Below are positions 28,370 to 43,489 of a stretch of 64,000 nt of DNA, piece after piece. Position numbers and translations under genes: made by a program. The notes beneath the pieces were generated by a model, which did no database searches, was not told the origin of the DNA, and was given only the letters and a program-made list of their open reading frames with translations. Where the stretch lies: contig NC_043001.1 in the NCBI RefSeq assembly GCF_006345805.1, positions 95,108,001-95,172,000 on the forward strand. The letters run 5' to 3'. The stretch is from Octopus sinensis (Eukaryota). The stretch's first letter is position 1. The number at the start of each line of letters is the position of its first letter.

Positions 28370-28618
28370 CAGCAGCAGTAGTAGTAGTAGTAGTAGTAGT
28401 AGCAGTAGTCGTCATTGTAGTAGTAGTTGTAGTAGTAGTAGCTGTAGTTGTAGTAGTAGAAGTATTGGTGGTGGTGGTAGTGGTGGTTGTAGTAGTAGTG
28501 GTAGTAGTTGTAGTAGTAGTAGTATTGGTGGTGTTGGTGGAGGTGGTGGTGGTAGTATTAGTATTAGTATTAGTAGTAGTAGTAGTGATGGTCGTAGTAG
28601 TAGTAGTAGTAGTAGTCT

Positions 28619-28684
<66 letters not shown>

Positions 28685-28690
28685 AAGCAG
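28326..28690. repeat. (AGT)n/(GGT)n compound microsatellite
   Basis: Directly visible; source of the poly-S/T/V/L ORFs. Confidence 0.95.
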
Positions 28691-28709
28691 CAGTAAGTGC
28701 AATGTTATA

Positions 28710-29030
28710 TAGAGTTTCTGTCACAATGCTCATATGTAACGACGTGAAATTGGATTCATGTTGGGACACTGGGAAAGTCTCTCATATGCGCCTCACAAGA
28801 AGCAGTCAGGGGCATTGCAGTTTGGAGACGAAGGTAGCCAGATGTTATGGATGATGTGATCGCACATATTGTCTGATAATTATGACTGGGTCCTCCTTCG
28901 TGTGCGGCATGGTATGTCGTGTGTGCCGTGTTGCGAGATACAGGGCCTTCCAGCAACCTCCCTCGTGGCCCAGGGCAGCACTATCTCCTTGATGGAGGCC
29001 TCCACGTCAAATCTGAGGCCTTGTGGGTCG
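28710..29030 (-). mobile_element. Tc1/mariner-superfamily transposase catalytic-domain remnant
   Basis: PQGLRFDVEASIKEIVLPWATREVAGRP...PCRTRRRTQS*LSDNMCDHIIHNIWLPSSPNCNAPDCFL*GAYE resembles Q(Q)DSAPCH..RRTQ.WL...WPP.SPDCNPLD..WG. Confidence 0.75.
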
Positions 29031-29316
29031 ATGAATGAATGAATGAATAACGCCGCCATCACTAGTGAACACTTCAAACATTACGATGTTGACTGGATGT
29101 TTCTTTATCACTCTCGGAAAATATTTTGAGGACACGGAAAGCCAACGGTTGCGTTATGGAGTTGCTGTTTCACAGACGGGGCTGAACTAACACAACTATA
29201 CCGTGTAGTCGACATAATTGAAAACGAGCAACGCGCATATACAAAATTAAAAATATAATATGGCGCAAATTTACCTATCTCACACTGCGGATATTTTTAT
29301 GTGTGTGTGTGTGTAT

Positions 29317-29365
<49 letters not shown>

Positions 29366-29367
<2 letters not shown>

Positions 29368-29418
29368 AATTAAGGACTGAACACGAAAATTGGACAGTCG
29401 TGTTCAGTCCTTAATTGG
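29366..29418. repeat. Perfect hairpin, 21-bp arms, 11-nt loop, in (TA)n
   Basis: ccaattaaggactgaacacga [aaattggacag] tcgtgttcagtccttaattgg; the flanking TA repeats extend the stem. Confidence 0.95.
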
Positions 29419-30185
29419 TATATATAAATATTTTAATCTTCGGATTCTTTTTTAATATGCTAGACCACTGGTCTTAATTGATAAATATCAATTTCTACCC
29501 TTAATTAATTTTATATTATATATATATATATATATATAATATATATACATACACCTGCACACACTCATATTATATTTCAATTAATCATTTTTGTCTTTTG
29601 CCAAATGAAAACACGCACTATATACACCCGTTTTTCAATTGTTTATTGAAGTTTTTATTTTATCTTATGTCTATTGCCAGGGAATCTTTAGTCTCACATC
29701 TGTGGCCTCTTCAGCAGCACTTGCCGTCCTCATGAATTCTTCTGCACTGCTTAATTAATTTTGTTCGTCTATGATGCGCGTGCATTTGTGAATGCTTGTC
29801 TGTGTCTGCGTTTGTGTGCGTGCGTGTATGTGTATACGTGTGTCTATGTGTTTCTCATGTGTACTTATAAGTGTATATATAGGCGCGTGCTGTTTATATT
29901 GTTCTTATCATTCTCGTCGTTATTTTTCTGTGGAAAATTGTTTTTTATGTAAATCTTGATGATGGTTTACGCAGTATGTGGAATAAGAGAAGTGCCTGAG
30001 ATGTTGATATTTTTAATTATCGTTATATGAAAAAAAATTCGTTTGAAATGTTTTATAATATTTTGACTGAATAAAGAGTAAAGATTTGAATGTAAGTTCA
30101 GAATTTGACTGAAGTAGTATAAGCAATGTAAGCAATGTAAATTGTAATGGATTGATAACTTTATATATATATGTATTATATAATG

Positions 30186-30217
<32 letters not shown>

Positions 30218-30218
30218 G

Positions 30219-30293
<75 letters not shown>

Positions 30294-30650
30294 TGTGTGT
30301 GTAAGTGTGTGTGTATTAGTCTACTATTATGAATACATAAACACATAAAACATCCAAGATAATGTTTTCCTTCTGCAAATATTATGCTGCGGTCTTATTT
30401 ATATTTACTTAATATTTACTGAGTATTAAGTATTGATTAATTTGCTGTTACTAATACACAATTATTATCTCCCGAATCCCCCCTTTTTTTCTTTTTCACC
30501 ATTTTCTGATATATATACATATTTACAGACACCCATATACACACACACACATATATATATATATATATTATATATAATAGGGAGAGAGAGAGAGAGAGAG
30601 AGAGAGATGCATAAGTTGTGTGTGTATATATATATATATAAGTAATCACA

Positions 30651-30795
30651 ACGGGCTTCTTTGAGCTCGCGTCTATCAAATCCACTCACAGAGCCTTGGT
30701 CTAGTAAAGGACATTCGGCCAAGTAACAACGCTGTGTGAGTGCATCCAAAAACGTGTGGTTGGGAGGGAAACGTCTTACGGAACATCTACGCTGA
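30651..30795 (-). mobile_element. Diverged SINE family A-like 5' fragment
   Basis: acgggcttcttt...gtctatcaaatccactcacagagccttggtc...gtggttgggag is the reverse complement of the family A head and centre. Confidence 0.6.
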
Positions 30796-31473
30796 ACTTA
30801 TTTTTATTAAAATAATATGCATGACATTTTGAAATAAAATCAGTATATCATTTTATATAAGAACCAATCTTTAGCAATCAACGATACTTTAGCAACACAA
30901 TTTTGACAATATCATTTAACGGGACATAATGATGTATTTTGTGCGAACATTCTTCAGTGTTTCTCTTCAGCACATCAATAGCAATAGAACGAATAAATGC
31001 ATGTGGTATCAACATGATAGCTTTTCACCTCACACATCTTACTGATCAGTCAGTATAATATGTTTCGTTGTATGTATTTCTCCTTGTGATTGTGCCTTTC
31101 TACACGACACATATTAAGGAAAATTATTTGCTTCATTTTTAGGTAATACTTTTCGAGGAAAGGTAATTCCGGTTAAACTCACCGAAATATCATTACGTGA
31201 ACTAATCTCCGTATATAATTTGGAAGAGACAGAATTGATATGACTTAGAGATTTAGATTATCAAATTATTACATGATTGTTGTCAATGTTAGAGATTATC
31301 TCTATATTTAAATGGATTCAATGCCAATTATCATCTAAGTGATCGTTGTACATATTCTGAAAGACGAACACTCTTTCGTTAAGTACTTAATTTATCTTGT
31401 GCGTTATTTAAATTATATTGGAACTCTCCCTCCCACTTATAACAACACACACACATATGTATATGTTATAATA

Positions 31474-31510
<37 letters not shown>

Positions 31511-31522
31511 TATATGTGTATA

Positions 31523-31594
<72 letters not shown>

Positions 31595-31611
31595 GGATAT
31601 ACATATATATA

Positions 31612-31795
31612 TATCGCCATGTTAAATCGTTAGATCCTGAACGCATTTGTTTCTCTCCTTGTTTCTCTCCGTGTTTCTTTTATGTGTATCTTTCTGTTGA
31701 AGGGTGTAGGCTCTATTCCTGAGCGCCATACTAATACAATTGTTTGTTTGTACTCCACCTGCCTTCGTCTTTTATTATTTCGTAAGCTTCCGTTA
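31612..31795 (+). mobile_element. Short TA-embedded element related to 3450-3632, hammerhead region partly deleted
   Basis: tttctctccttgtt...ctttctgttgaagggtgtaggctc[deletion]tattcctgagcgccatact...gccttcgtctttt. Confidence 0.5.
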
Positions 31796-31796
31796 T

Positions 31797-31916
<120 letters not shown>

Positions 31917-31944
31917 CATATATATATATACGTATATATACATA

Positions 31945-34900
31945 TTTTTTATTTATTTATCTAGTTTCAGTTCACAAGCTGTGGCCATGCTGGGGTACCG
32001 CCATTTGGTGTTGCTACATGACTTTACTTCACGAATGCTTTTCAGCAATTGCCATTTGGTGCATGAGAGAGTTCGATGCAGCTACCCTCAGCTGCACCTC
32101 CTGCCGTGAAGTTGGTTCATCTGGGATACCTGAGAAGAAGAGATCCAGTTTCATTTTAAAGACATCTGCATCCACCCCATGCAGGTCTCTTAGGTTCTTC
32201 GGGAGGATATTGAATAGTTGTGGGCCTCGGAAGCCCAGGCCATCACAGTATCTTGTCCTACATCTTGATGGCATATTTGGAGTCTTTGGCACTATGCAGT
32301 GGCGCCCACGTCTGGCATTTGTGTAACTCTCGATGCCAATATTTGGGATAAGTCCTAGGATCTTCCAGATGTATATTATGGCATTTCCTTCTCGCCTACG
32401 CTCTAAGGAATAGAGTCTCAATCTCTTGAGTCTTTCCCAATAGCTTATATGTTGCACAGAGGGTATCTTCTTCGTGTAGCTTCGTTGGATCGCCTCAAGT
32501 TCTGTGATTAACTTGACACTGGATGATGACCATAGCTGAGAGCAATAGTCAAACTGGCTTAGGAAAAGTGTCCTCCAGAGGACCATCATGGTTTCCTGGT
32601 CTCTTGTTCTGAAGGTTCTAAGAATCCATCCGGTCAGCCGCCTACATTTCATTGCCAATTTTGCAACATGCACATGGAAGGTTGCATCATCACTCATGTA
32701 AATACCCAGGTCTCGCACTGATTGTGCCTCTGGGGTTGCAGTCTCTCCAGGTCCAGTGTATTTATTGGGTATTGCATTTAGTTTTCCGTGCTGATAGCAT
32801 AATGCTTGAAAATTTTCAGCATTGAACTGCATGCTATTCTTTTCAGCCCACTTGTATATTTTGCCCAGCTCACATTGCAGATGCTTATTGTCTTCAGGGT
32901 TCTGTATTGCCTGTGAAACGTTTGTATCATCTGCATAACTTGTGATCGTGGCTCTCTGCATGGCTGAGGGCATGTCTGTGAGGGCCATTATGAACAGTAG
33001 TGGTCCCAAAACAGTGCCATGCAGAACACCGCTCACTATTTGCATTTTACTGGAAGTGGCCCCATTGGCTGCTACGACCTGACTTCTATCCTTTAGAAAG
33101 TCATGAAGCCATTCTCCTAATTTTCAAACTATGCCAAGATCACGCAGTTTTTGACATATCATTTCCTGATCGACTTTATCAAAGGCCTTTGCAAAGTCGA
33201 GATATATGACTTCCACATTTGAGTGGTTGAGCAGTCGTTTCAGCACCCTGTCATAGTGTTGTAGGAGCTGAGTTAAGCAGCTTCTTCCTGGTCGGAAACC
33301 ATGTTGGGTGTCAGGCAGCAAGTCATATTCTTCAAGGAAGGTGATTAGTCTCCTTCTGACTATCCGTTCCATGACCTTGCTGATGTGTGAGGTCAGAGAA
33401 ATAGGTTTGTAGTTCTTGGTCTCCGCTCTGCTACTTCCTTTATGAATAGGGGATATTTTACCTTCCTTCAGTTTTCTTGGAAGTTTGCCAGTTGCAAGGA
33501 AGCTCTGAAAGAGGAACTGCAGTGGTCTTGCTGGAACTCTCTTACGTACTTTTAGAAGGATTTCTGGGAATCCATCTGGGCCCGTAGCTGAGTTTGTTTT
33601 CATTTCATCAATAGCCTTTATTACATCGTCTTCATTTATATTGATGTAATCAATCATCGCTGCCTCCGATTTTATATCTGCAGTGGTAAAGAAGTCAGTT
33701 GGATTGCTGACTTGAAAATTCCCTAGGGGTGGCGTGAAAATACTCTTGAATTGCTCATTTAGTATTTCACTTACCCTCATTGGATTTCCTGTGAGTGTGC
33801 CATCCTTTTCAAGGAGTGGCCCTATCCTACAGTTCACCCTAGCTGTTTCTTTGGCATACCTGTAGAAAGCTCTGGGATTAGATTTTATGTTGTCTTTAGC
33901 CCTGGCTTCTTTGTCTGCTCTTTCTGTTTCATGGGAGAGTTGCATACATTTTTTCAATTTTCAACAGTTTTATTTTCACTGCTTTAAATTTGTTTGTTTA
34001 GGCGATTTGAAATTTTGTACGCCGTCTCATTAGAATTTTCCTTTCTCTTGAGATTTTGCTCTTGTGTATAGTGGCCTTTCTCTCTGGGACACATTTGTAG
34101 CATATGGCTTGCATTACAGACATGAATTGTTGAAGTTTCATGTCGATATCTGGCGAGGATAGACATTCAGGCCAGTTTTGTTTGAGGATCTCTTTCACAA
34201 TTTGTTTCCAGTTTGCCTTATGGAAGTTCAAGCTGGAAAGATTCTGAGAGTTTCTTGTAGGCTGCATGTCCATGCATTCCTTTGGCCCGTACATGGTCAG
34301 CTCTACCATGTTGTGATCCGAGAGTAGTGTCGGTGTCACTTTCACATTATGGATAAGATCCATATTATTTGTGAAGCAGAGATCCAGTATGTTACCTGCC
34401 CTGGTTGGTTGGAGTATTACTTGCTCCATGTACAGAGTGTTGATGAGGTTCAGGAGGGACCTCGCCTGTCCTCGTTCACATCGTGTCATTCATTGGGGGG
34501 AAAGGTCCTCGGGCCATCTGACATTGGGTAGATTGAAGTCTCCCATAAAAAGTACACTTATGTGTTGTTCTAATGTGACTAGAACTTCTTCTATTTTTAT
34601 AAGGCAGTCTTCAAACTTGCCTACATGGCTTGGGGCTTCTGGAGGGCGATATGTAGCACATATAACTACACCAAGTTGCCTTATATGTACAATTAGTGTG
34701 TCACACACCGAATTTGAGTATGACAAAAGGACCTGGGGTGTGAGGTCCTCACGGATGTACATAGCAACTCCTCCATGACTCTTTTCATTTCTGTCGGTCC
34801 GTAGTACAACATCCTGTGGTATGTGTATTTCCGCATCTGCTATGTTCGGTTTCAGGTGTGTTTCCGTAAGTGCTATGCACAAGCCTTGATTGCATGCAAC

Positions 34901-35880
34901 AAAGTCTCTCAAGAACGGGATTTTTGTCCTGTTACTGAGTGTTAGCAGTCCTCTGATGTTCAGTAGAATCATCGAGGTGAGGTGTATGCTTTTGCCGGCG
35001 GTGTCAACCTTGGGTCTATTTATTGTGGCGGTCTTGTGTATTGTGGATAGTCCCATCTGCGGGTTTGAGTTTGATGGAGCCAGGTTAGCTGCTGTACAAT
35101 CTTTTGTGCCATGCACAAAAAAGCTTCTTGTTCAGCAGCTGCCCTTTCAATAACATGTTGGCGGATTGTAGCACGCACCACATCTGCGTACCTCCGTTTT
35201 GAGGCAGGTGGTGTGTGGTCCATCCCTTTTCCTTTTGGTAGTTGGTTTCTGACCTGTTTCGTGTTTTTGTGGCAGGGTCTTTGATGTGCAAAACGGCAGC
35301 CTGCACCTTCTTCTCCATGCCAGAAGACACCTTTCAAGTAGAATTTACACATTCGTGTGCGCTGTCTGTTTCTATCCTTTTTGTTACATGGATAGTCAGG
35401 TTCGCTTCTATCCTTGGCTGTTTCATTTTTTAGTTTTGTTTGAGTTTTATTTTTCCTTCTTTGGGTGTTTCATATTTTGTTTTTTTTTTAGTTTTTCCTC
35501 CTTTTATTTCTTTTTTGGCTCTTTCATCTCCATGGTTTTGGGTGCTGGTAGGAGCACTTGAACTTGGGTTTACTTCCCGGGCAGGTTTCTCACTTGAATC
35601 TTCTTCCTGGGTGTCTACCAAGTGGAGGTGACTTCTTTCATCAGCACCCGCGTCTCCATCCTTGCCATCTTTACTTTGGTCGTTGTCAAAGATGGCATCA
35701 AGCGTGCCAATGTGAGATCTTATGAGTGCACAGGCGTGTATAAACTTCTTTCGCTCTATCTGAGCTATTGTCCTTTTATGTCCACTGGTCTTCAGCACAG
35801 CTGTAATGATGTTGAACGGATTATCTCCGTCGGCGCATTGACAGGCTCTCAGGAACAACGCCAATTCGTTACTTCTCATT
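31945..35880 (-). mobile_element. Near full-length CR1/L2-group (APE-RT) LINE, disrupted
   Basis: ORF1 with a CCCH-like finger (CKFYLKGVFWHGEEGAGCRFAH). APE motifs NIRGL, LTETHL, HGGVAMYIR, GDFNLP, PTRAGNILDL and SDHNMV. RT motifs NYKPISLTS, QHGFRPGRSC, YLDFAKAFDKV, GTVLGPLLF and YADD. Multiple frameshifts; 3' stem-loop and short tail; both flanks are (TA)n. Confidence 0.92.
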
Positions 35881-36945
35881 ATATACATATATACATATAT
35901 ACATATATATATGTATATATACGTATATAAAACATACATAGGTATATATACATATATCTACATATATAAATATCTACATATCTACATATATATATATAAT
36001 ATATATATAATATATACATATATATATATATATATAATATATATATATATTATATATACGTATATAAATATCTATACATATACATATATAAATATATACA
36101 TATATACACGTATATTTGTATATAAATATATATATATATATATATATAATATATATATATACAAATGTACGTGTATATATATATATATATATTATATATA
36201 TACAGAGAGGGAGAGAGAGAAGGAGAGAAAGTGGCGTGATGCATTTGTACACAAATACTTATATATGTTTGTTTCTCTCTCTCCCTATTTCATATTTCTC
36301 TACGTGAAATATATTGATATAACCGGTTCCGCTGTACATAAACATTTGCAAATCTCACGTAATGAAGTAATTATATTCATTAGTGTTGCAACTGAAGAGG
36401 ACAAGATTTTAGTATCAGCAAAGTAATAATGGTGCAATTATTTCTATAACTAATGTTGTTTTATAACTATTGCATTCAAAAATATGACTTCTGTTTGATT
36501 TTCGGTTTGTCTTTACACGAACTCTTTCTTTGAAGTGATTCATAATACGCTATACGAAGTAGAATATATCAATATACATCATATGTTATTATATCACATA
36601 AATCACAATTAATGGAAATTCCTAAACACATAGATCTGTATTTACTGACATATATTTATATCTGATACAGTCTATATTGTTTTCGTAATTCTTTTCATAT
36701 CTATCCAAATTAATTTCTTAAATATATGTTCTTTTATCACCGATTTAAAAGCCAATATGTACAAGCCCCTTTTTTGTAGGCGCAACGATCGTTATATTTC
36801 ATTTTGTTGCTTTTACACTTTATTAGTCTGGCGGAAAAAATATGAGAGCAGGCTCTTGCGCCACGACTATCTCAAAACAGGGACATATACGCACATATGA
36901 TCACATACAAACGCACATACCACGCGCAAAGCAAACTTCCTGATA

Positions 36946-36987
<42 letters not shown>

Positions 36988-38401
36988 CATATAAACAGGA
37001 ACATGTATATCTAACTATACATATATACACACACTATGCATATATATATACCTACACATAAACACACATATATGTATATACACATACATACATTATATGT
37101 ATATTTATGTATGTATATGTATATATATATATTTATATATATATGTGTATATATATATATAATATACGCATTCATATGATTCGATACACATATATGCACG
37201 TGCAAAAAATAACGTAGTATATACACGTTTAGAGGCAGTAAAGCATTACGTATATATATGCCTAATCCAAAACATAACGGACGGAATATTATTACTATCT
37301 ACCATACTGTTGTTTGATTAGAAGCATATATATATTATTATATATATATATATATATAATATATATATATAATATATAATATATATTATATAATATATAT
37401 ATATAACACACACATATTATCTCCAGTGTATGAAATATCTCTAAATACGGTTTTTTCTTACCAGCTGATATTTTTCAGAATGCTTTTATATTAATCATGT
37501 GCTGATATATAATGTTTATAATTTAAAAACAATTTTAAAATCAAAATTTGATTACAGTTATAATTCCAAATGATTTGAAACATTTTATGGCGTTGGTTAT
37601 ATAGCGTGATTTCAGGAACTACTAATACTCTCATGTATTACTGTGCGTGACGTTACTATTTGTGATCCACACATTAAGCTATCAAAACCCCCTAAAGGAT
37701 ACAAGTACAGGCTACTCGATATCAGTGCTCTATGGGAAAACATTGCAATGTGGTGATTTGAGAAATTTCTATTAACTAATATCATCCATGTAATTACTTG
37801 AAAATTTTGCTTGAGGGTGATTGAAATCCAAACTCAATAAGCGATATAGAAATGATTCTCTAATCTCTTAATTGAAATTTCTGCAAAATACTGACTATTT
37901 AATACGGGGCAGGATCTAGTGCTTAAGCCCACAGATATATTTCGGTCTTATTAGAAAACTTCAGCTAATTTAGAAAGGCTGTTACTGATCACTCTGAATA
38001 GAAATCTTAATTCCAAATGAATATTAATAATATATCCAAGCATATTTCAACACGCTATTAACAAATATTATATGCAGTCTCGTGTGTTGTAAAATTTCGG
38101 TAAGTTTAAATCATGGAAGAACTATCACGCTAAGAATATCCAAATTCTAAAATATGATGACAATGTAATAAAAGCAATTGTATTGAAATTTCAAGAAGAT
38201 ATAAAATATGAAAATATTCGGGATGATAGAGTATTTAAACTACATAGAACAATCCATCATCGTTTTTAAAGATATATTTGTATACGTCATATAAAATCTA
38301 ACAAATACATATACCATTGGCATTCCCGATCATATATGTTTTCTTTCTTTGATTTCGAAACAAACTATAAGACTCAGTTGCTAATAATTGGCTAAATATC
38401 T

Positions 38402-38752
38402 TGCGTGGCACCTTGGACAAGTGTCTTCTACTATAGGCTCCAGCCAACAAAATCCTTGTGAGTGGATTTGCTAGACGGAAACTGAAAGAAGCCTGTCGTA
38501 TATATGTATACTGTATATGTATGTGTGTGTATATGTTTGTGTGTATGTGTTTGTACCCGCCAACATCGCTTGACAACCGATGATGGTGTGTTTACGTCCC
38601 TGTAACTTAGCGGTTCGGCAAAAGAGACCAATAGAATAAGTACTAGGCTTACAAAGAATAATTCCTAGGGTCGATTTGCTCCACTGAAGGTGGTGCTCCA
38701 GCATGGTCACAGTCAAATGACTGAAACAAGTAAAAGAGTAAAAGATTAAAGA
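38402..38752 (+). mobile_element. SINE family A, head truncated, 3' end intact
   Basis: tgcgtggcaccttggacaagtgtcttctactatag...internal TA/TG tract...ggtggtgctccagcatggtcacagtcaaatgactgaaacaagtaaaagagtaaaaga. Confidence 0.85.
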
Positions 38753-39660
38753 GTATATCTTTCCTATCATTATAATATATCTGTTAATTATCTGTTTATA
38801 TTATGTAAAAACAATACGTCGTGCTATTCTATCTTAGATATGGAATCAGTGCTACAAGAGTTCGTTTTAGTTTTTTTAATGCTAAGCCCCATCCGAGCTT
38901 GTTAATCGCTACTAGATTCATTCTACAAAATGTTGGCGTTGTTTTTGTTAATGCATAATTTTAATTTCCAATATTGCAACTATGAATCCCTACCAAATCT
39001 TCATTTATAGCGTATAATGATTTCCGTTTCTATTTTACATCATACGTATTGATGAAAATAATTCTCCAAGTAATAGGGCGTGTTATTACGGTTTCACATG
39101 AGATCCATAAATTGATTAACTCTTCTAGTTATTCTTATTGTACCTCTTCATAAAATAACAACGAAAAATTATCTCACATCTGCCTGAGCTCTTTATATTT
39201 CCTTAGTGAATCACTTCACGTATATTATGAAAAATTCCATACCTTCTGTATTATAAGTGGATAATCGATGTAATCACGCATAGGATGAAAGTATATTATC
39301 CTAATTCTCTGGTGTTTTCTATGTTTATCTTCATTTCGGACGAAACTGGATATACTTATAAGAAAATATATTCCAGCCATGATCCCTCTGAATATTTCAA
39401 ATTTCATCTACCTTGGTTTGCATAATTTAAAACCTTTCCACTTCTTATGGAATATAAAATGCTTTAAAATATGCTATGCTGCTATTATTAGCAACTGCAG
39501 ATATAATTTAAATACTCAGAAACCATTAGGAGGTTTCGGCGTACAATAATAACTCGCGAGTGTTACATTCGAAAACACTATGCTGTAGGAGAAAATCCAT
39601 GAAGTAGAAAAAATGCTGTACTGTATATCAATTTTTTTCTTCTATAATTTATATATATTT

Positions 39661-39896
39661 ATTTTATTATAAATGTAAAACAAATATCACAGAGGAATCG
39701 ACATAAGCTTGAATAATAAACTGCGAAAGGTGAACCACGATATAGCGTGGGATTACTCCTGCCATCAACCTACATCTCTTACCAGCCTTGAATATCTTTT
39801 GAAGCGGAAGCTCTTTTAGGATGCTGATGAACTTTTATATATATATATGTATGTGTGTCTGTGTATGTGTGTGTTTATGTATATGTATATATATAT

Positions 39897-39942
<46 letters not shown>

Positions 39943-41143
39943 TATATATATATATTATAGATAGATATAATATATATATATATATATATATAATATATAT
40001 AATAATAGATATATGTTAATTATTATAAGGAATAAAATCCTAACTTACAGGATAAAAACTTCAATTTAGAAATACTAAATCAAATTTCACTCAATATAAT
40101 ATATATATAAAACATTAGAAAAAAACCCTTTTATCAATTCAAAGTGAATAATTAAATTACACCATCTAGTAAATTGCATATAATAGAAAAGTTAAAATAA
40201 AAATAACAATAAAATGTAAAGATTAAGTAAATTGCGAAAATAATAATAAAAAATGTGTGTAATAGGTAGTATATAATGTATATAATGTATATAAAAGTTC
40301 ATCATCATCCTAAAAGTGTTCCCGCTTCAAAAGATATTCAAGGCTGGAAAGAGGTGTAGGTGTGATGGCAGGAGTTATCCCTCGCTATATATATATATAT
40401 ATTTTCTTCTATATGTAATTTTCTAGATGCTGTAATTTAATTATTCATTTTAAATTAATAAAAGGTGTTTTTTCTAATATATATATATATATGAGAGGTT
40501 TCATGCATTTAAGCAAGAATGGATGCATGTAAATTAAGTCTATGATTGAGAAAAAGTTTTAGAAAATAATAAATGTAATATCAAGTGATTTCCGCAGTCA
40601 CTCAAACAAGCTTCTGATGTATTTACAAACGACTGATGTTTTATGCATATGTAAACACCACTAAATTCACATTTAAAAATCGGAAGTATATAACAAATGA
40701 TTGGCAGTCATTTCACTGCAATCTGCAATTAGGAAAATACATTGTTTGCAATATATTCTTTTGATTTTACAATTCTATCAAGCGGCATTGAGTAATTGTT
40801 ATCTCAGCCATCATCTATACTTGTTTGCCTATTTATTACATTTAACAATGATATAAAAATGTGCTTTAATGTGAGACATATACGTGACTTAATATCGGTT
40901 TCGCACTAAGACATAATTCAATACACTGCCATTTATACACACACACAACACAGACACACACACACACACACAGACACACACACACACACACACACACACA
41001 CTTCAAAAGGTATTCAAGGCTGGTAAGAGATGTAGGTTGATGGCAGGAGTAATCCCGCGCTATATCGCGGTTCACCTTTCGCAGTTTATTATTCGAGCTT
41101 ATGTCGATTCCTCCGTGGTATTGTTTTACATTTATAATAAAAT
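39661..41143. repeat. Inverted repeat pair (39661-39804 vs 41001-41143) plus a third partial copy (~40295-40388)
   Basis: ~143-bp arms differing at about 6 substitutions plus one indel; the middle copy has the right-arm orientation. Confidence 0.9.
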
Positions 41144-41269
41144 AACAATCTGAACGTACTTCCGGTAAATTTAAAACCAATTTCTTAGTGCGTTCGACAA
41201 GCCAAGTTAGAGATCACCGACGGAGATTGTGTGTGCATAGGCACAGGCCCACACCACACTAATACAGAG

Positions 41270-41422
41270 AAATATATATATATATATATAATATATATGT
41301 GTGTGTGTGTGTGTGGGTGTGGGTGTGTGTGTGTGTGTATGTGTGTATGTATGTGTGTGTGTCTGTGTGTCTGTGTGTGTATCTATGTGTATCTGTGTAC
41401 GTGTGATTGGGTAAGATTACAT

Positions 41423-41468
<46 letters not shown>

Positions 41469-41505
41469 AAACTGGCGTTCCATGATATAATATAATAATA
41501 TATAA

Positions 41506-41548
<43 letters not shown>

Positions 41549-41946
41549 TGTACCTATCTACATCTATATGTATATATACATGCATATATGGGTACACGAC
41601 ATACATGCTCAAGTATGTGTCTGTGCATGTGTGGTTGTGTATCTATTATAATATATTGATGATGGTGTACTCATACGAATGCCAAATATAATTAAAGATT
41701 ATAGAACAGATATCACGCATATGTAATAAAGTAGTAATAATTATTACCAATTTATTTAATTTCGAATATACAATATCTAATTAGTTTTTTCTGTATTTTA
41801 TTGAATTTAATCTTTGTATTTAACTAACGTGGACTCAATACACTTGTGATTACGAATGTAGAATAACCGTACATTCCAATGCCATGTTTCGCTCTGTTAG
41901 CACACATATATATCCCTACCTACCTATAAATATATATATATAACTA

Positions 41947-42022
<76 letters not shown>

Positions 42023-43228
42023 TTGCTCCAAACAAGAAAACAAAAAAAAACACAACAACGCGAGGACGTGGAACAAATATAATATTACTGGACGCTCAGG
42101 AAAGAAGGAAAGAAGGAGGGCTTAACGTTCCGAGCGGAGCTCTTCGTCGGAAACATAGGAGAAGGAAAAATCCAGAGAAGGGAAGACAGAGGAAAAAAAT
42201 ATACAGTAAATTTTATATTTCATGGTAACTCAAATCCTAAACCGATATGTATCCTTCATTCTAATTGAAATTCGGCATAAGGAAATATTGTAATTAAACT
42301 AATTAGATATTTCCCCATATCAACAAATGAGACATGTTTTAATTTTTATGCATCCTCTACTAAACTCTGTAAGTCACGATTCAATACTAAGATAATGAAT
42401 TTAATTTATAATTTCTAATATTTTGTGATATTGTTTTCAAATCTTGGTTCACGCTGTATTATTTTTCAGTTTACAATTGAACTTGAAGAACTTATATTAA
42501 TGTGTCACATTAGAAAAGTTGTACTGCATGATTCCGTATTCTGACATCCTGTTAACGATTATGATGACAATGATGATAGTTTCTCTCTAGTTGGTTTAGA
42601 ACAATCGTGATTTTTATATTTAGAATGTAATGCTCTCACTGCTTTTCTTGTTTTGCGTTCTTGATACAGGATGCTGTTTTAAATATCATTATTCTTATTA
42701 TAATCATCATCATTACTATTACTATTATACTATGATACAATTGAGGAAATATGTTACAGATATCACCATACTTCATCTTACACAAAGTGCTCGTGTACTC
42801 CTTAATCAAGGTCTCCTCAGAATTTTGATTTGGGAGATAAGTGGGTGTACTTTTTAGACATTGCACGAGATGAAGCAGAAATAGCTGTCACAGCTTTCAT
42901 AAATGTAATGCTATTTTCATATCTGGTGTAGTGTTATTTCCTCTTTTGAAGTTAAGACGACAATCTCATCATGATGACTATCACGATGACAATCATGAAA
43001 ATATCAATGATAATAATGACAACAGTTGTGAGGATTATTATCAACATTGGCGATTTACAATACTAATTGCGGCAAGACATATTGTTGCCCCACGTAAGAA
43101 GCGGAATTCCTGAGAGGTATGAGGATATGTACACACAACGGATGACAACCGTTATGTTACCATTGTTAGTTCATATATCCAAATATATATAGAGAGACAG
43201 ACAGACAGGTATACATATATACATAAAC

Positions 43229-43268
<40 letters not shown>

Positions 43269-43373
43269 TGTGTGTGTGTGTGTGTGTGTATGTGTGTATG
43301 TATGTGTGTGTGTCTGTGTGTCTGTGTGTGTATCTATGTGTATCTGTGTACGTGTGATTGGGTAAGATTACAT

Positions 43374-43413
<40 letters not shown>

Positions 43414-43458
43414 AGAGAGAAAACTGGCGTTCCATGATATAATATAAATAATATATAA

Positions 43459-43489
<31 letters not shown>

